64,000 bases of DNA. Source: Candidatus Bathyarchaeota archaeon RBG_16_48_13. Lineage in GTDB: Archaea; Thermoproteota; Bathyarchaeia; RBG-16-48-13. Positions 48,597-58,436 of the stretch are shown piece after piece. A program made the translations under genes and the position numbers. The stretch spans positions 50,313 through 114,312 of the forward strand of contig MEZH01000004.1 in assembly GCA_001775995.1 (NCBI GenBank). The letters are read 5' to 3'. Every line of letters starts with the position of its first letter. Position 1 is the first letter of the stretch. The notes beneath the pieces are model-generated. The model did no database searches. It was not told the DNA's origin and saw only the letters and a program-made list of their open reading frames with translations.

Positions 48597-49472
48597 TTAG
48601 ATCATTCCGCGCTCAACCAGAAGTTTGAATTCATCGAAGGTCAACTTGTCGCCTTTCTTCAATTTCTCTGAGGCCTCTTTGGCAGTGACCTCTCTGGCTT
48701 GCAGGACTCTCTGAACCTGATCCATCTTTAGATTCTTCTCATTCTGATGGATCTGCCTTTCCAATTCCTTGATCTCTATTATGAAGTTGATGTAGCTATG
48801 GTGAGATTCGTCCGCTTTCTTCTTTGAGTCCAGGAACGTTTGGTGAGCGGAATCAGCTTCGGATTTCACGGCGTCCAACTCTTTAAGGGATTCCAGCATT
48901 CCGATGTGATTCTCCTGACTGGCCTGAGCCAGATCCCTGATCTGGGAATACACATCGTTGTTCTTGATTTTTTCAGATCTGACCTTGGCATTGATTTCTA
49001 TGAGTTGAGCTCGCAGTTTGTCGATCTGCTCAACATTCTTAATTTGACCCTCCAGACCCTTCAACTGCCTTATGATTCTCGCCTCGTCCTGGAGGTTCGT
49101 TGGATCCGTCTGAAGTTTCCACTCAAGTTTCTTGAACATGCTCTTCGCCCTCCTTTCCTTTCCAGTCATTTGTTTCTGGAGGGCTTTGAGTTCCTCTTTT
49201 ATCCGATCACTCTGTTCTCTTAACCCCGAGAAGTCTGTCTTAGTACTTTCCCTGAATTTCTTTAATTCTTGGATCTGGCTGTTGAGCTCATCACGTTTAG
49301 CCCTTTGGTCCATAGCTTTGTTCTTCAGCTCTCGAGCCCGCTCGTTTAGCTTATCCCTCTTCTCCGCAGACTTTCTGACCTCATCGTTCATGTTATCGCG
49401 CAATTCCTTCAGCGGTAGAGCCTTTGCTTCGAGGTCACCGAGCTTCCTCAACATCTCTTCTGTGGACGCCAT
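48597..49472 (-). CDS. Archaeal coiled-coil protein (COG1340 type)
   Basis: 291 aa, almost entirely heptad-like and charged (K/E/L rich). Confidence 0.55.
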   Translation of the reverse strand: MASTEEMLRKLGDLEAKALPLKELRDNMNDEVRKSAEKRDKLNERARELKNKAMDQRAKRDELNSQIQELKKFRESTKTDFSGLREQSDRIKEELKALQKQMTGKERRAKSMFKKLEWKLQTDPTNLQDEARIIRQLKGLEGQIKNVEQIDKLRAQLIEINAKVRSEKIKNNDVYSQIRDLAQASQENHIGMLESLKELDAVKSEADSAHQTFLDSKKKADESHHSYINFIIEIKELERQIHQNEKNLKMDQVQRVLQAREVTAKEASEKLKKGDKLTFDEFKLLVERGMI

Positions 49473-49562
49473 TCAAGTCGACCTAAAACTTCGAGATAAT
49501 GTGGGTAGAGATCATGATGTAATTAAGTTTTTGTCTTTCTCGTGATGAAAAAGTGTGAAAGT

Positions 49563-50294
49563 CTACTTTGTGAGTATGATTCTGGCATCCACCACTTGAA
49601 GACCATCAGAATAGAGTATAGTGGGATTAAGATCCAACTCACTTATTTCTTGGTGTTCCGTGACAAGCCTTGATACCTTCAATAAGAGATCTGAAAGCGC
49701 CTTCAAATCCACTGCAGGATAGTTCCTGTAGCCCTTCAATATGGGGAAGGCCTTAATCTCGGTAATCATTTCCATGGCATCGTTTTCGGTTATTGGAGCG
49801 ACCCTGAAAGAGACATCCTTTAATAGCTCAACGAAGATTCCTCCCAAACCAAACATGAGTGCGGGACCAAATTGAGGGTCTTTTATGGAGCCAACTATTA
49901 CCTCAGTGGATGAAGGCGCCATAGCCGAAACCAGTATCCCGTCAATCCTAGCATCAGGTTTGTTCTTTTTTACGTTTGCCATGATCAATTCAAAGGCGGC
50001 TTTCACCTCATCAATAGTCTTGGGCCCAACGACTACACCTCCAACGTCCGATTTGTGAATTACATCTTGTGAGACTATCTTTAGGACCACCGGGAAACCG
50101 AGTTCTTTGGCAGCTGAGGTGGCCTCGCTCTCGCTCTTTGCCACTCTGAAGCCGGGTACAGGGATTCCGTACTCGATGCATATCATCTTGGCCTCAGGTT
50201 CCAGGAGGTATGTTCGGTTCTCATTCAACGCATTTCGTATTAGGTTATTTGTTATCGAATCCATTTCTTGAGACCTCATTTCTTCTTTAGCCAA
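49563..50294 (-). CDS. acdB: Acetyl-CoA synthetase (ADP-forming) beta subunit
   Basis: ATP-grasp segment (EAKMICIEYGIPVP...PVVLKIVS...HKSDVGGV). Overlaps the end of acdA. Confidence 0.85.
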   Translation of the reverse strand: MAKEEMRSQEMDSITNNLIRNALNENRTYLLEPEAKMICIEYGIPVPGFRVAKSESEATSAAKELGFPVVLKIVSQDVIHKSDVGGVVVGPKTIDEVKAAFELIMANVKKNKPDARIDGILVSAMAPSSTEVIVGSIKDPQFGPALMFGLGGIFVELLKDVSFRVAPITENDAMEMITEIKAFPILKGYRNYPAVDLKALSDLLLKVSRLVTEHQEISELDLNPTILYSDGLQVVDARIILTK

Positions 50295-51697
50295 TCACCA
50301 TAGCTCTTGAGTGCTCCCATGGCCTTTACCGCCCTTTCAGGGATAGGATAGGTCGGGATCCCTCTTTTCTCAAGCTGATTGACAACTTTTGCGGTGTATT
50401 CACCGCCAATACAACATAAGACTATCGGTTTCTTGCTTCTAGAGCAAATATCGTCTAAAACGTCCACAATGTCGGTCGATAGGAGAGGCGCCTGCAAAAG
50501 AACATTGACCACGGCTCCATCAATCTCATCGTTCTCCAGAAAGGCCTTCTCCAAAGCCACCTTGTATCGCCCGATATCAGTATCACCAGTCACATCTATG
50601 GGATTATGGGTTATGCAATGAGATGGGAAAACCTTCTTCAATTCCTCTTGAATTGTAGGTGAAAGCTCTTGGACTATAAGTCCGGATTTCTCGCAAGCAT
50701 CAACGGCCATGACGCCGCAACCGCCTCCGTTAGTGAGGATTAGGACTCGGTTATTCTTCAACGCAGGCTGAGAAGACAGAGCCTTGGCCATGTCGAACAT
50801 GTCCTCGAAATCGTTAGCTTCAATTATACCGCTCTGTTTCATCGCCGCCTCATAAATCTTATAGGTTCCAGCCAGAGAGCCCGTATGAGATTTTGCGGCA
50901 GCAGCGCCCCGCATGGTCTTCCCCGCTTTTATTAGGATTACGGGTTTTGTGGCGGACGCCTTCGCCGCAGCCCTCATGAAATCATGCCCCTCGCCCTCAT
51001 CTATGCCCTCAATGTAGGCGGCGATGACCTTGGTCGATGAGTCACCCGCCAAATATTCTAGAAGATCAGAATCATCAACGTCGCTCATGTTCCCATAGCT
51101 GATACATTTGCTCATGCCCATCCCCGCGTAGGATGCCCAGTCAAGGATGGCTGCCCCGAAAGCGCCACTCTGGGTCATAAAGGTTATAGAACCGGGTTTG
51201 GGTCGACCCATCTTCTCAGGCGTAAAGAAGAAAGTATCCACTTTGGACGTTCCGTCGAATATTCCTATGCAATTTGGTCCTATTATTCTGACTCCGCTCT
51301 TCTTTGACATTTCAGTCAGAATTCGCTCTCGATCAGCACCTTCAGGCCCGATCTCCTTGAAGCCACCGCTAATTATGACAACTGTTTTGACGCCCTTCTC
51401 GATGCACTCTCCCATAATATTTGGGACGATAGCGGCAGGAACCAGAACAACCGCCAAGTCCACCTCTGAAGGGATATCTTTGACAGTAGGGTAGCAAGGG
51501 TGCCCAAACAGCTGCGAATACTTGGGGTTCACGGCAAAGATCTTTCCAGCAAAACCATTATGAAGGAAATTCTCATAGACTACTGTACCGATCTTGTTAT
51601 GAATATCTGAGGCCCCAATTATCGCCACCGCCTTCGGGTGAAAAAAGGGCTTCAGAGAAGACGATCCAACTCTTCCCATTAAGATGGCACCGAACAC
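50276..51697 (-). CDS. acdA: Acetyl-CoA synthetase (ADP-forming) alpha subunit
   Basis: CoA-binding VAIIGAS, GPNCIGI, and the phosphohistidine loop AKSHTGSLAG. Confidence 0.9.
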   Translation of the reverse strand: MFGAILMGRVGSSSLKPFFHPKAVAIIGASDIHNKIGTVVYENFLHNGFAGKIFAVNPKYSQLFGHPCYPTVKDIPSEVDLAVVLVPAAIVPNIMGECIEKGVKTVVIISGGFKEIGPEGADRERILTEMSKKSGVRIIGPNCIGIFDGTSKVDTFFFTPEKMGRPKPGSITFMTQSGAFGAAILDWASYAGMGMSKCISYGNMSDVDDSDLLEYLAGDSSTKVIAAYIEGIDEGEGHDFMRAAAKASATKPVILIKAGKTMRGAAAAKSHTGSLAGTYKIYEAAMKQSGIIEANDFEDMFDMAKALSSQPALKNNRVLILTNGGGCGVMAVDACEKSGLIVQELSPTIQEELKKVFPSHCITHNPIDVTGDTDIGRYKVALEKAFLENDEIDGAVVNVLLQAPLLSTDIVDVLDDICSRSKKPIVLCCIGGEYTAKVVNQLEKRGIPTYPIPERAVKAMGALKSYGDWLKKK

Positions 51698-51831
51698 TCG
51701 CCAAGATAATGTAGGTAGTATAAGTGTTTATGGAATCGCGTTGTCAAGATCAAGGCCGAGAGATGCCCACGATCATCTGGAGCATAGACGATATATGACA
51801 GGAGCAAGACTTGTTTGGTAGGTGACATCCC

Positions 51832-52179
51832 ATGAAGATCATAGCCGGAGGCCGTTTCAAGCTTCCATTCGTAGGGAAAGAAACATATATTGAATTGATG
51901 AGGGCGGGACTAGGTTACAATAGGAAAGACGGAACATTCTTCCTGAAGGAAACAGAAAATGTAGACACCGCAAAGGTTCTACTTCAAAGAATCCTTAGGG
52001 AGGAAGTGGTCTTTGCACAACGCTGCTTCATTTGCGAATCGCACTTTACGTGTTCTATTTGCGCTTATAAAGAGAAGTGCAGAACACCTGATCTGCCTCT
52101 TTGTTGTATCTGTTATCAGTGCAGGACAAGAACGAATCTATACGATCTCTATCTCGAAAAGAGTAGGAGAATGATTTGA
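51832..52179 (+). CDS. Cys-rich hypothetical protein
   Basis: 115 aa. Nine Cys within 33 residues (CX2CX5CX2CX5CX7CCXCX2C, 52024-52122). Confidence 0.45.
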   Translation: MKIIAGGRFKLPFVGKETYIELMRAGLGYNRKDGTFFLKETENVDTAKVLLQRILREEVVFAQRCFICESHFTCSICAYKEKCRTPDLPLCCICYQCRTRTNLYDLYLEKSRRMI

Positions 52180-52224
52180 AGGACTCTTCAGAGATCAATG
52201 CTATGACATGTGGAGGATAGAAGG

Positions 52225-52758
52225 TCAGTTTTCTCTGACATGTTTCACGACGTGCCCGATTTCAGGTATTATAAGTTTTCCCAAGGCAACCTCAACGGCT
52301 TGAGTGGAGCCAGGGATGCAGAAAACTACCTTGTCTCCTATTGTACCAGCGATGGCCCGAGTTAACATGGCTGCAGAACCAATAGTTGAATAGCTGATCT
52401 TTCTCATAAGCTCACCAAAACCGGGCAATGTCTTAGCAAACATGGGTTCAATTGTCTCGATGGTCACATCGCTTCGTGTTATGCCGGTTCCGCCGCAAGT
52501 AATAATGGCATCCACTTCTTCTGCAGCGACAAGAGCCTTCAAGGCGTTGATTATTGAGGATTTGTCATCGGGGATAATTCTCCTGAAACTCACTTTGTGC
52601 CCTGCATCCTCAAGGAGCTTCATGGCTGCGTCACCCGACTGATCTTTGACAGCGACCCCATTGGTCAGTTGTTTCATCCTGGATGTGCTTATGGTCAAGA
52701 TCGCAAATGTCAGTTTTTTTGGAGCAGAAGCTCTGTGTTCTTCCACAGTCTTACTCAT
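52225..52758 (-). CDS. moaB: Molybdenum cofactor biosynthesis protein B (MogA/MoaB family)
   Basis: ITCGGTGITRSDVT and PGSTQA motifs. Confidence 0.85.
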   Translation of the reverse strand: MSKTVEEHRASAPKKLTFAILTISTSRMKQLTNGVAVKDQSGDAAMKLLEDAGHKVSFRRIIPDDKSSIINALKALVAAEEVDAIITCGGTGITRSDVTIETIEPMFAKTLPGFGELMRKISYSTIGSAAMLTRAIAGTIGDKVVFCIPGSTQAVEVALGKLIIPEIGHVVKHVREN

Positions 52759-52887
52759 TGGAATTGCACCTATCTTGATGATAGTGGATCACTAATTTCG
52801 CTGCCAAGGGATAATCAATTTGTTCTTTTTCAAACATCAACCTTCACCCCTGCTTTCACCGGGCATACGAATTCCTTACTTGAGATT

Positions 52888-53403
52888 CTAAGAGTGATTT
52901 TTCTTTGAATTGACCTCGTCTTTCTCGTACGGCCCAGACAATTGGGAAGGAGAGGGCCCTCCGAGAGTTGATTCTTGAACAGCCTTCTGTCTCATCTTGA
53001 GATCGAGTATGGCTTTTATGATTGGGTTGGGGTTTGCCCTGGCTTCTTTTAGAATATGGAGAAAATCGGATGCCTCCACGAGGGCTTGACGGAGTTGTTC
53101 TAGCCCCAAGCGAGAGTTTGTCAACGGCTCGGTAGTCCTTTGAAACAATATTTCCCTAAAAGTGTTGAGTCTTTGAACCATGGCTTCATAATGGTGATTT
53201 ATGGTATGAAACCTCTCGGGCTTTAGTGAAACTGCTTCTTCCCTCAAAGCAACCGCTGACTCCAATAGGACCGCAACCGGTTTCTCAACCCTTTCCCAGA
53301 CCACGTTTGGAGCCATTCTCTCAAAGAAGATTCCGCCAGTCAGGTCTATCGCTATTTTTCTCAATAATAGCTCGAAGTCTGTGGAAGCCTTATCCTCAGT
53401 CAT
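52888..53403 (-). CDS. Hypothetical helical protein
   Basis: 171-aa ORF co-oriented downstream of orc1 and the wHTH gene. No motif recognised. Confidence 0.4.
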   Translation of the reverse strand: MTEDKASTDFELLLRKIAIDLTGGIFFERMAPNVVWERVEKPVAVLLESAVALREEAVSLKPERFHTINHHYEAMVQRLNTFREILFQRTTEPLTNSRLGLEQLRQALVEASDFLHILKEARANPNPIIKAILDLKMRQKAVQESTLGGPSPSQLSGPYEKDEVNSKKNHS

Positions 53404-53478
53404 CGGTAATTCCTGGGCATGTCTAAAGAAGATTATTCTAGATTTATGTGCTTTGTTGCAGGTACCGGAACGGCTACT

Positions 53479-53793
53479 CTAGACGTACTTGATTCTTGTA
53501 AAGAAATCTATTAGATGGGGGATGTTGGGGTTTCTTGAATTCACTCGGTATTTTTTCAAGTCGTTTATCTGGGTGGATTGAACCCATCCTGTTTCAACTA
53601 GTTTGCTCAGATGCTCCTCTACGGCCTTGCCCTTGAGTCCCGTCAAGACGGCGATCTTGTACTTTGTTAGAGACTCTTCTCGAGAAGGATTCTTGATCAA
53701 AAACTTTAGGATTCGAAGTCGTGCTTCTCTGCCGAGTCCTTTTTCTATCAGTTCATCAACTTCAGCATGATTTTCTTTTCTTATACTACGCAT
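53479..53793 (-). CDS. Small winged-helix (ArsR-like) transcriptional regulator
   Basis: RLRILKFL...YKIAVLTGLKGKAVEEHLSKLVETGWV. Overlaps the orc1 stop by 8 nt. Confidence 0.6.
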   Translation of the reverse strand: MRSIRKENHAEVDELIEKGLGREARLRILKFLIKNPSREESLTKYKIAVLTGLKGKAVEEHLSKLVETGWVQSTQINDLKKYRVNSRNPNIPHLIDFFTRIKYV

Positions 53794-54967
53794 TCTTGGC
53801 CCTTCTCTCTAGAGTTAAAATCACCCTATCGAAATCTTCCATCGTGGCACCAGTTATGGTTATTCCTTTATCCAATCTGTATTCTATGAAACTTCTAAGG
53901 CTCAAATCCTGAATGTGATTCCTAAAAGTTCTATATGAGTCAGGAGAGATGTTTTCCTCCTCACACACGAGAAGATAGTCTTGCCAACACTCCTGGATTG
54001 ACACATAAGGTCTTTGGCGGGTCTTGAGAGCTCTGACCGTCGCCTTGAGAACTGGCAATTCTCGGTCGCTAAGCGTCATGAGGTCCTCTGTCCTCATGCC
54101 CGGGAAACTATCTTTCGCAACCAACCTGACGTATTCTGGGATGATTTTCCTAGAACCTTTGGTGTCGGCAACCAAGCCGCTGTAAAAGAGTATGTCCAAG
54201 GCAAACCGGCAATCACCAGGATTCAAAGATTTGTTGGCAGCAATATCAGCTATGTATGCGATGGTTTCTTCTGACAAGGCGCCTTCCTTGAAGGCTTCTT
54301 CAGCTCTCTTTGTCAAGATGGCATTCAGTTGCTCGGCTTTGTAGCTTGAGAGTTGCAACTTCAAATCGCCTAGAGTGCTCTTTTCTGATGGGTCTAGGAG
54401 GTTGCACCAAGTGAAGTCTCTAGAGATGAAAATGGCACCCACTACTGGCCCGAATGGACTCAGCATTATTTCATTGATCCTGGTGAGGTCGTATATTACC
54501 GAGCCTATGTCTTTCTGCTCCTTCATTCTTCTAATTAGGTAGTCAATCTCATCTAGAGCTAATATGACGAATAACCCCTCACCATGAAGATAGTTTACAA
54601 GTTGAGTTAACATCTCCTCGGGAGAGAGACCGCGTGAGAGGAGATCAGGTGAGATTTTCTCCAAAAGCTTCCGATACAAGAGAAAACGGGAACCCGCTTC
54701 GAGCTTGCAATTTGTGTAGACAAACTTCAAGGGGATCTTTAGAGCATTTGCCTCTTTTTCGAATTCTCTTCCAAAGCTCAGGACTGTACAGGTCTTTCCT
54801 GAGCCTACCTCACCGTGCATGCGCAGGATCTTCTCAGAGGTTCTTCCGGACTTCTCCAAGAAATCCCCGAAGATCCCGTGGAGGAGGCCTATCTGCTCCC
54901 TCCTGTAGGGCAAATCTGCAGGTATGTATTGTGGAGAAAGTCTCTCCTTGTCGGCAAAGACGGTCAA
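53786..54967 (-). CDS. Orc1/Cdc6 replication initiator family AAA+ protein
   Basis: LPYRREQI, Walker A GEVGSGKT, Walker B ILALDEID, and a C-terminal winged helix. Confidence 0.9.
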   Translation of the reverse strand: MTVFADKERLSPQYIPADLPYRREQIGLLHGIFGDFLEKSGRTSEKILRMHGEVGSGKTCTVLSFGREFEKEANALKIPLKFVYTNCKLEAGSRFLLYRKLLEKISPDLLSRGLSPEEMLTQLVNYLHGEGLFVILALDEIDYLIRRMKEQKDIGSVIYDLTRINEIMLSPFGPVVGAIFISRDFTWCNLLDPSEKSTLGDLKLQLSSYKAEQLNAILTKRAEEAFKEGALSEETIAYIADIAANKSLNPGDCRFALDILFYSGLVADTKGSRKIIPEYVRLVAKDSFPGMRTEDLMTLSDRELPVLKATVRALKTRQRPYVSIQECWQDYLLVCEEENISPDSYRTFRNHIQDLSLRSFIEYRLDKGITITGATMEDFDRVILTLERRAKNA

Positions 54968-55002
54968 CTTGAGATTACCACCCGAAATTGTATGATCAGT
55001 TC

Positions 55003-56031
55003 TTAGAATTGCCTACTCAAAGCCACCCATAGATGGTCAGAGATGGGTCTCGTCAAATCCCTTGCTGAGGAATTGCGTGACACAATCTTTCTTCCTTCAG
55101 ATTTCTTGACAATCTCACCCACTATGGCTGCTGGTATGCCTTTCTTTCTTATTCCTTCAAGTATTCTCTCAGCTTTCCTTCTCTGTGCTGTGATCAGAAG
55201 GCAACCGGAGCTGATCAGTTGTAGCGGATCTATGCCGAAGAGATGGCATATCTTGATTGTTTCTGGAAGGATTAGCAGGGAGTCTTCATGGACTCGGAAG
55301 CCGGTCTCGGCCGCATCCGCGACTTCGTGGAGTCCTCCCGCCAGGCCGCCTTCGGTTGGATCATGCATGGCGGTCACCCCACCGCTTTCCACTGCAGTCA
55401 TAGCTTCATCCACAATGCTGATCTTCTCGAAGAAAAGTTCGGCCCTTTTCGCAAAATCGGACCCATATTTCTTGGTGACAACCATACGTCTATCGGAGGC
55501 CAGAATGGCTGTACCTTCGATCCCTACACCTTTCGTAATGATTATTTCGTCTCCCGGTTTGGCTCCACCAGATGTTACGTATGATCCCCCATCGGTGATG
55601 CCGAACATACAGCCAACCACGATGGGATGGACTAGAGTCGGTGTAGCCTCGGAGTGACCACCCACTATTGCTATTCTGAGTCCTTTGGCGGCTTTGTCTA
55701 TCTGAGAACAGATGTTCTCGAGAGCAAATCTATCTGAGTTTTCGGGCATAAGGATGGTTGATACGAACCATCTCGGTTTCACTCCACGAACTGCTATATC
55801 GTTGGCGCACACTTGAAGCGCCAACCATCCGACCTTTTCCACCGCGCCCGTCACCGGATCTGATGAGATTACGAGATACTCCTTGCCCAACTTGATGATG
55901 GCGGCATCCTCTCCAACAGCCGGACCCATCATTACTTCTGGGAGTTTTGCCCCTAGATGCTTGAGGACAACCTCTCGAAATATCTGAAGAGGTATCTTGC
56001 CAAGGGGAAGAGACAAGGTGTTCATATCCAA
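55003..56031 (-). CDS. PurM-superfamily (AIR synthase-related, HypE/ThiL-like) protein
   Basis: GEDAAII...VISSDPV and ANDIAVRGVKP motifs. No C-terminal Cys of true HypE. Confidence 0.6.
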   Translation of the reverse strand: MDMNTLSLPLGKIPLQIFREVVLKHLGAKLPEVMMGPAVGEDAAIIKLGKEYLVISSDPVTGAVEKVGWLALQVCANDIAVRGVKPRWFVSTILMPENSDRFALENICSQIDKAAKGLRIAIVGGHSEATPTLVHPIVVGCMFGITDGGSYVTSGGAKPGDEIIITKGVGIEGTAILASDRRMVVTKKYGSDFAKRAELFFEKISIVDEAMTAVESGGVTAMHDPTEGGLAGGLHEVADAAETGFRVHEDSLLILPETIKICHLFGIDPLQLISSGCLLITAQRRKAERILEGIRKKGIPAAIVGEIVKKSEGRKIVSRNSSARDLTRPISDHLWVALSRQF

Positions 56032-56283
56032 GTCTGAAATAGAGCATTTAGGCTATAATAAGAATATTTGCCAGTTGCATTATCAGGTCATGGACTTTTG
56101 TAGGACGTAAGAGAATGAGAGGTTCTTGTACAATCAAAGTGGCAACATGATGGCCCCTATTAGAATCAAAGGAACACTTGAAAGCAATAAATCTCTCATA
56201 ACGCCCCTAAGAGATGCGATCTATTTAATACAATGCCGTCAAAAATAATATTTTACACCACCTATAAGCATAGGTAGTTCGAA

Positions 56284-57027
56284 TTGCCCCCACCCAGAGA
56301 CGAATTGTTATACTTTGTGGGTTGCACCACATCCTATCGAAATGATGAAATAGCCAAGGCAACAGTGCAAATCTTGGAGAAAGCTAAGATATCTTTCTCA
56401 ATCTTGGGGCTCGAAGAGAAGTGCTGCGGGGTTCCTCTCGCTAGTGCTGGTTTCGACGGTACGTTTGAATCGCTAGCACGTCACAACACTGGGGTCATTG
56501 AGGGAAGAAGAACAAACTTGGTACTAACTACTTGTCCATCATGTTGCAGGGCGCTGAGAATAGACTATCCAAGGCTTCTAGGAAAGGTCAATTTCAGAAC
56601 CGTTCACATAAGTGAGTTACTTTTGGATTTGATGAATGATGGACGCCTGAAGTTTATACATCCCGGAAATAACCGAACTATTGTCACATACCACGATCCA
56701 TGCCATCTAGGACTTCATATGGGCATCTACGACCAACCCCGAAGGGTTCTGAAGGGTATTCCAGGGATAGTGCTAGTGGAAATGGATCGCATCCGAGAGA
56801 GAAGCTATTGCTGTGGATCAGGAAGTGGCCCCTTGAGGGCGGCATTCCCAGAACTTGCCATGAGCATGAGTGAAGAAAGGGTGAAAGAAGCCAAGGCCAC
56901 TGGTGCAGAGATTCTGGTCACCAGTTGCCCGGACTGCCTATTTAATCTGGAACAGGCCTCAAAGCGCATCAGGTCGGGTCTAACTGTCATGGACCTTTGT
57001 GTAATGATTGCTAGTCGATTGGCTTAA
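56284..57027 (+). CDS. CCG-domain (Fe-S)-binding oxidoreductase subunit (LutA/GlcF/HdrB-like)
   Basis: Two Cys-rich CCG-type repeats (YFVGCT...EKCCG and HDPCHL...SYCCGSG). TTG start. Confidence 0.7.
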   Translation: MPPPRDELLYFVGCTTSYRNDEIAKATVQILEKAKISFSILGLEEKCCGVPLASAGFDGTFESLARHNTGVIEGRRTNLVLTTCPSCCRALRIDYPRLLGKVNFRTVHISELLLDLMNDGRLKFIHPGNNRTIVTYHDPCHLGLHMGIYDQPRRVLKGIPGIVLVEMDRIRERSYCCGSGSGPLRAAFPELAMSMSEERVKEAKATGAEILVTSCPDCLFNLEQASKRIRSGLTVMDLCVMIASRLA

Positions 57028-57042
57028 ACCGGGGGACTGAAG

Positions 57043-58341
57043 GTGAGTGAAACCTACTTTCAAGAAAAACGAAGAGAGATAAAGAAGAGGGTCCGAGACG
57101 AGAGACTGGATGCAATAAGGAAGTCTGACAAAGAAGGCTGGAAGCGGAGAACCTCTGTTGAAAAAAGAATAAACCTCATCGAGTTGGCGAGACAGGTCAG
57201 AGCCGTCAAAGAAGATTCCTTGAAAAGGCTAGATGAACTCGTGAAAATAGCGAGGGAAAGCTTAGAGAGAAATGGAATCCAGACGTATTACGCGCGGACT
57301 GCAAAAGAAGCGGCCGACATATTTCTCGAGGTAATAGGGGATGCAAAATTCGTTGCAAAATCAGCAGCTGACGTTCCCAATGAGATAGGTCTCCCCAGAA
57401 TTCTCGAAAAGAAAGGTATAGAACTACTCAATACGGATTTCGGATACTTGCTGTGGAACTTCGTTCCCGAGGAATATGGTTCCACAAAGGGTATACCCAT
57501 GGTGCACATTTCCTTGGAGACCATGGCGAAGGCCATCTCGAAGAAGACTGGTACTCATGTCAAGCCTGAACGCGAAGACATTCTGAGAAATGTGAAGAAG
57601 GTAGCTGAAAGATTCTTGGGAAAAGCAGAGGTTGGTCTCACGGGCGCCAACGCCATCGCAGCCAATGAGGGTTCCATAGTGTTGATTCATGAGCAGGGCA
57701 ACATCAACCGGGTCATCAGTCTGCCTCAACATGTGGTAATGGCGGGGATCGACAAGGTTGTGCCGACGCTTCTGGACTCAGTAGCTATTGCCGAGCTGAC
57801 TTCCGTCTATCAGCTTGGTCGACCCCCCAGTAACATGAACATAGTGAGCGCGCCTACGGAAGATTGGAACATGGAACTCAAGCCGACCAGAGGCATATTT
57901 GGCTCCAGAGAGATCCACGTCATAATGGTCGACAACGGGAGGACAAAGGCGATAGAAAAGGGGTTCGCTGAATGTCTCTACTGCACCAGATGCTTCGCGT
58001 GCCACAACGTTTGTCCCGCTCAAGAACGAGTTCGGAACCTCTTCGGATATAATAATTCGTACATTTCTGGAAGAGGAATAATTCTCTCTGCCTTCGTCGC
58101 TGGACTGAAGGAGGCCGTGGAGAGCGGGCTGTTCCTATGTACCCTGTGCGGTGCATGCAAGGAGGAGTGCCCTATTGACATTGATGTCCCTACAATGATA
58201 AGGAGATTAAGAGTGGAGGCAGTATCCAAGGGTTTGGTTCCAAAAGCGGACACTCAGATGGATAACAACGTGCGAGATACTGGCAATCCCTTCGGCGAGC
58301 CCGAGAGGGAGAGGACTCGCTGGATGAATGAAAAGAGTTAG
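57043..58341 (+). CDS. LUD-domain iron-sulfur protein (LutB-like)
   Basis: LUD/DUF162-like N-terminal part plus CTRCFACHNVCP and CTLCGACKEECP. Confidence 0.75.
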   Translation: MSETYFQEKRREIKKRVRDERLDAIRKSDKEGWKRRTSVEKRINLIELARQVRAVKEDSLKRLDELVKIARESLERNGIQTYYARTAKEAADIFLEVIGDAKFVAKSAADVPNEIGLPRILEKKGIELLNTDFGYLLWNFVPEEYGSTKGIPMVHISLETMAKAISKKTGTHVKPEREDILRNVKKVAERFLGKAEVGLTGANAIAANEGSIVLIHEQGNINRVISLPQHVVMAGIDKVVPTLLDSVAIAELTSVYQLGRPPSNMNIVSAPTEDWNMELKPTRGIFGSREIHVIMVDNGRTKAIEKGFAECLYCTRCFACHNVCPAQERVRNLFGYNNSYISGRGIILSAFVAGLKEAVESGLFLCTLCGACKEECPIDIDVPTMIRRLRVEAVSKGLVPKADTQMDNNVRDTGNPFGEPERERTRWMNEKS

Positions 58342-58436
58342 AATCACCTATCATCGACCGCAATCACTGGGGTTCAGCTGGAGGAAGATTCTTCTAAGCG
58401 TAGCTCATTTCTGTCATTTGAGGAAGGCATGTATCG

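Noticed and set aside
55043-55657. 204-aa + strand ORF
   Set aside because: It is antisense to the PurM-superfamily gene, with Ser/Pro-rich sequence and no recognisable domain.
55003-56031. Calling this gene hypE to complete the hydrogenase story
   Set aside because: The protein ends ...WVALSRQF and lacks the C-terminal Cys (PRIC-type) essential for HypE. Only PurM-superfamily membership is supportable.
54968-56283. Replication origin next to orc1/cdc6
   Set aside because: Only 35 nt lie upstream of orc1. The nearest sizeable spacer (56032-56283) showed no repeated ORB-like elements on inspection.
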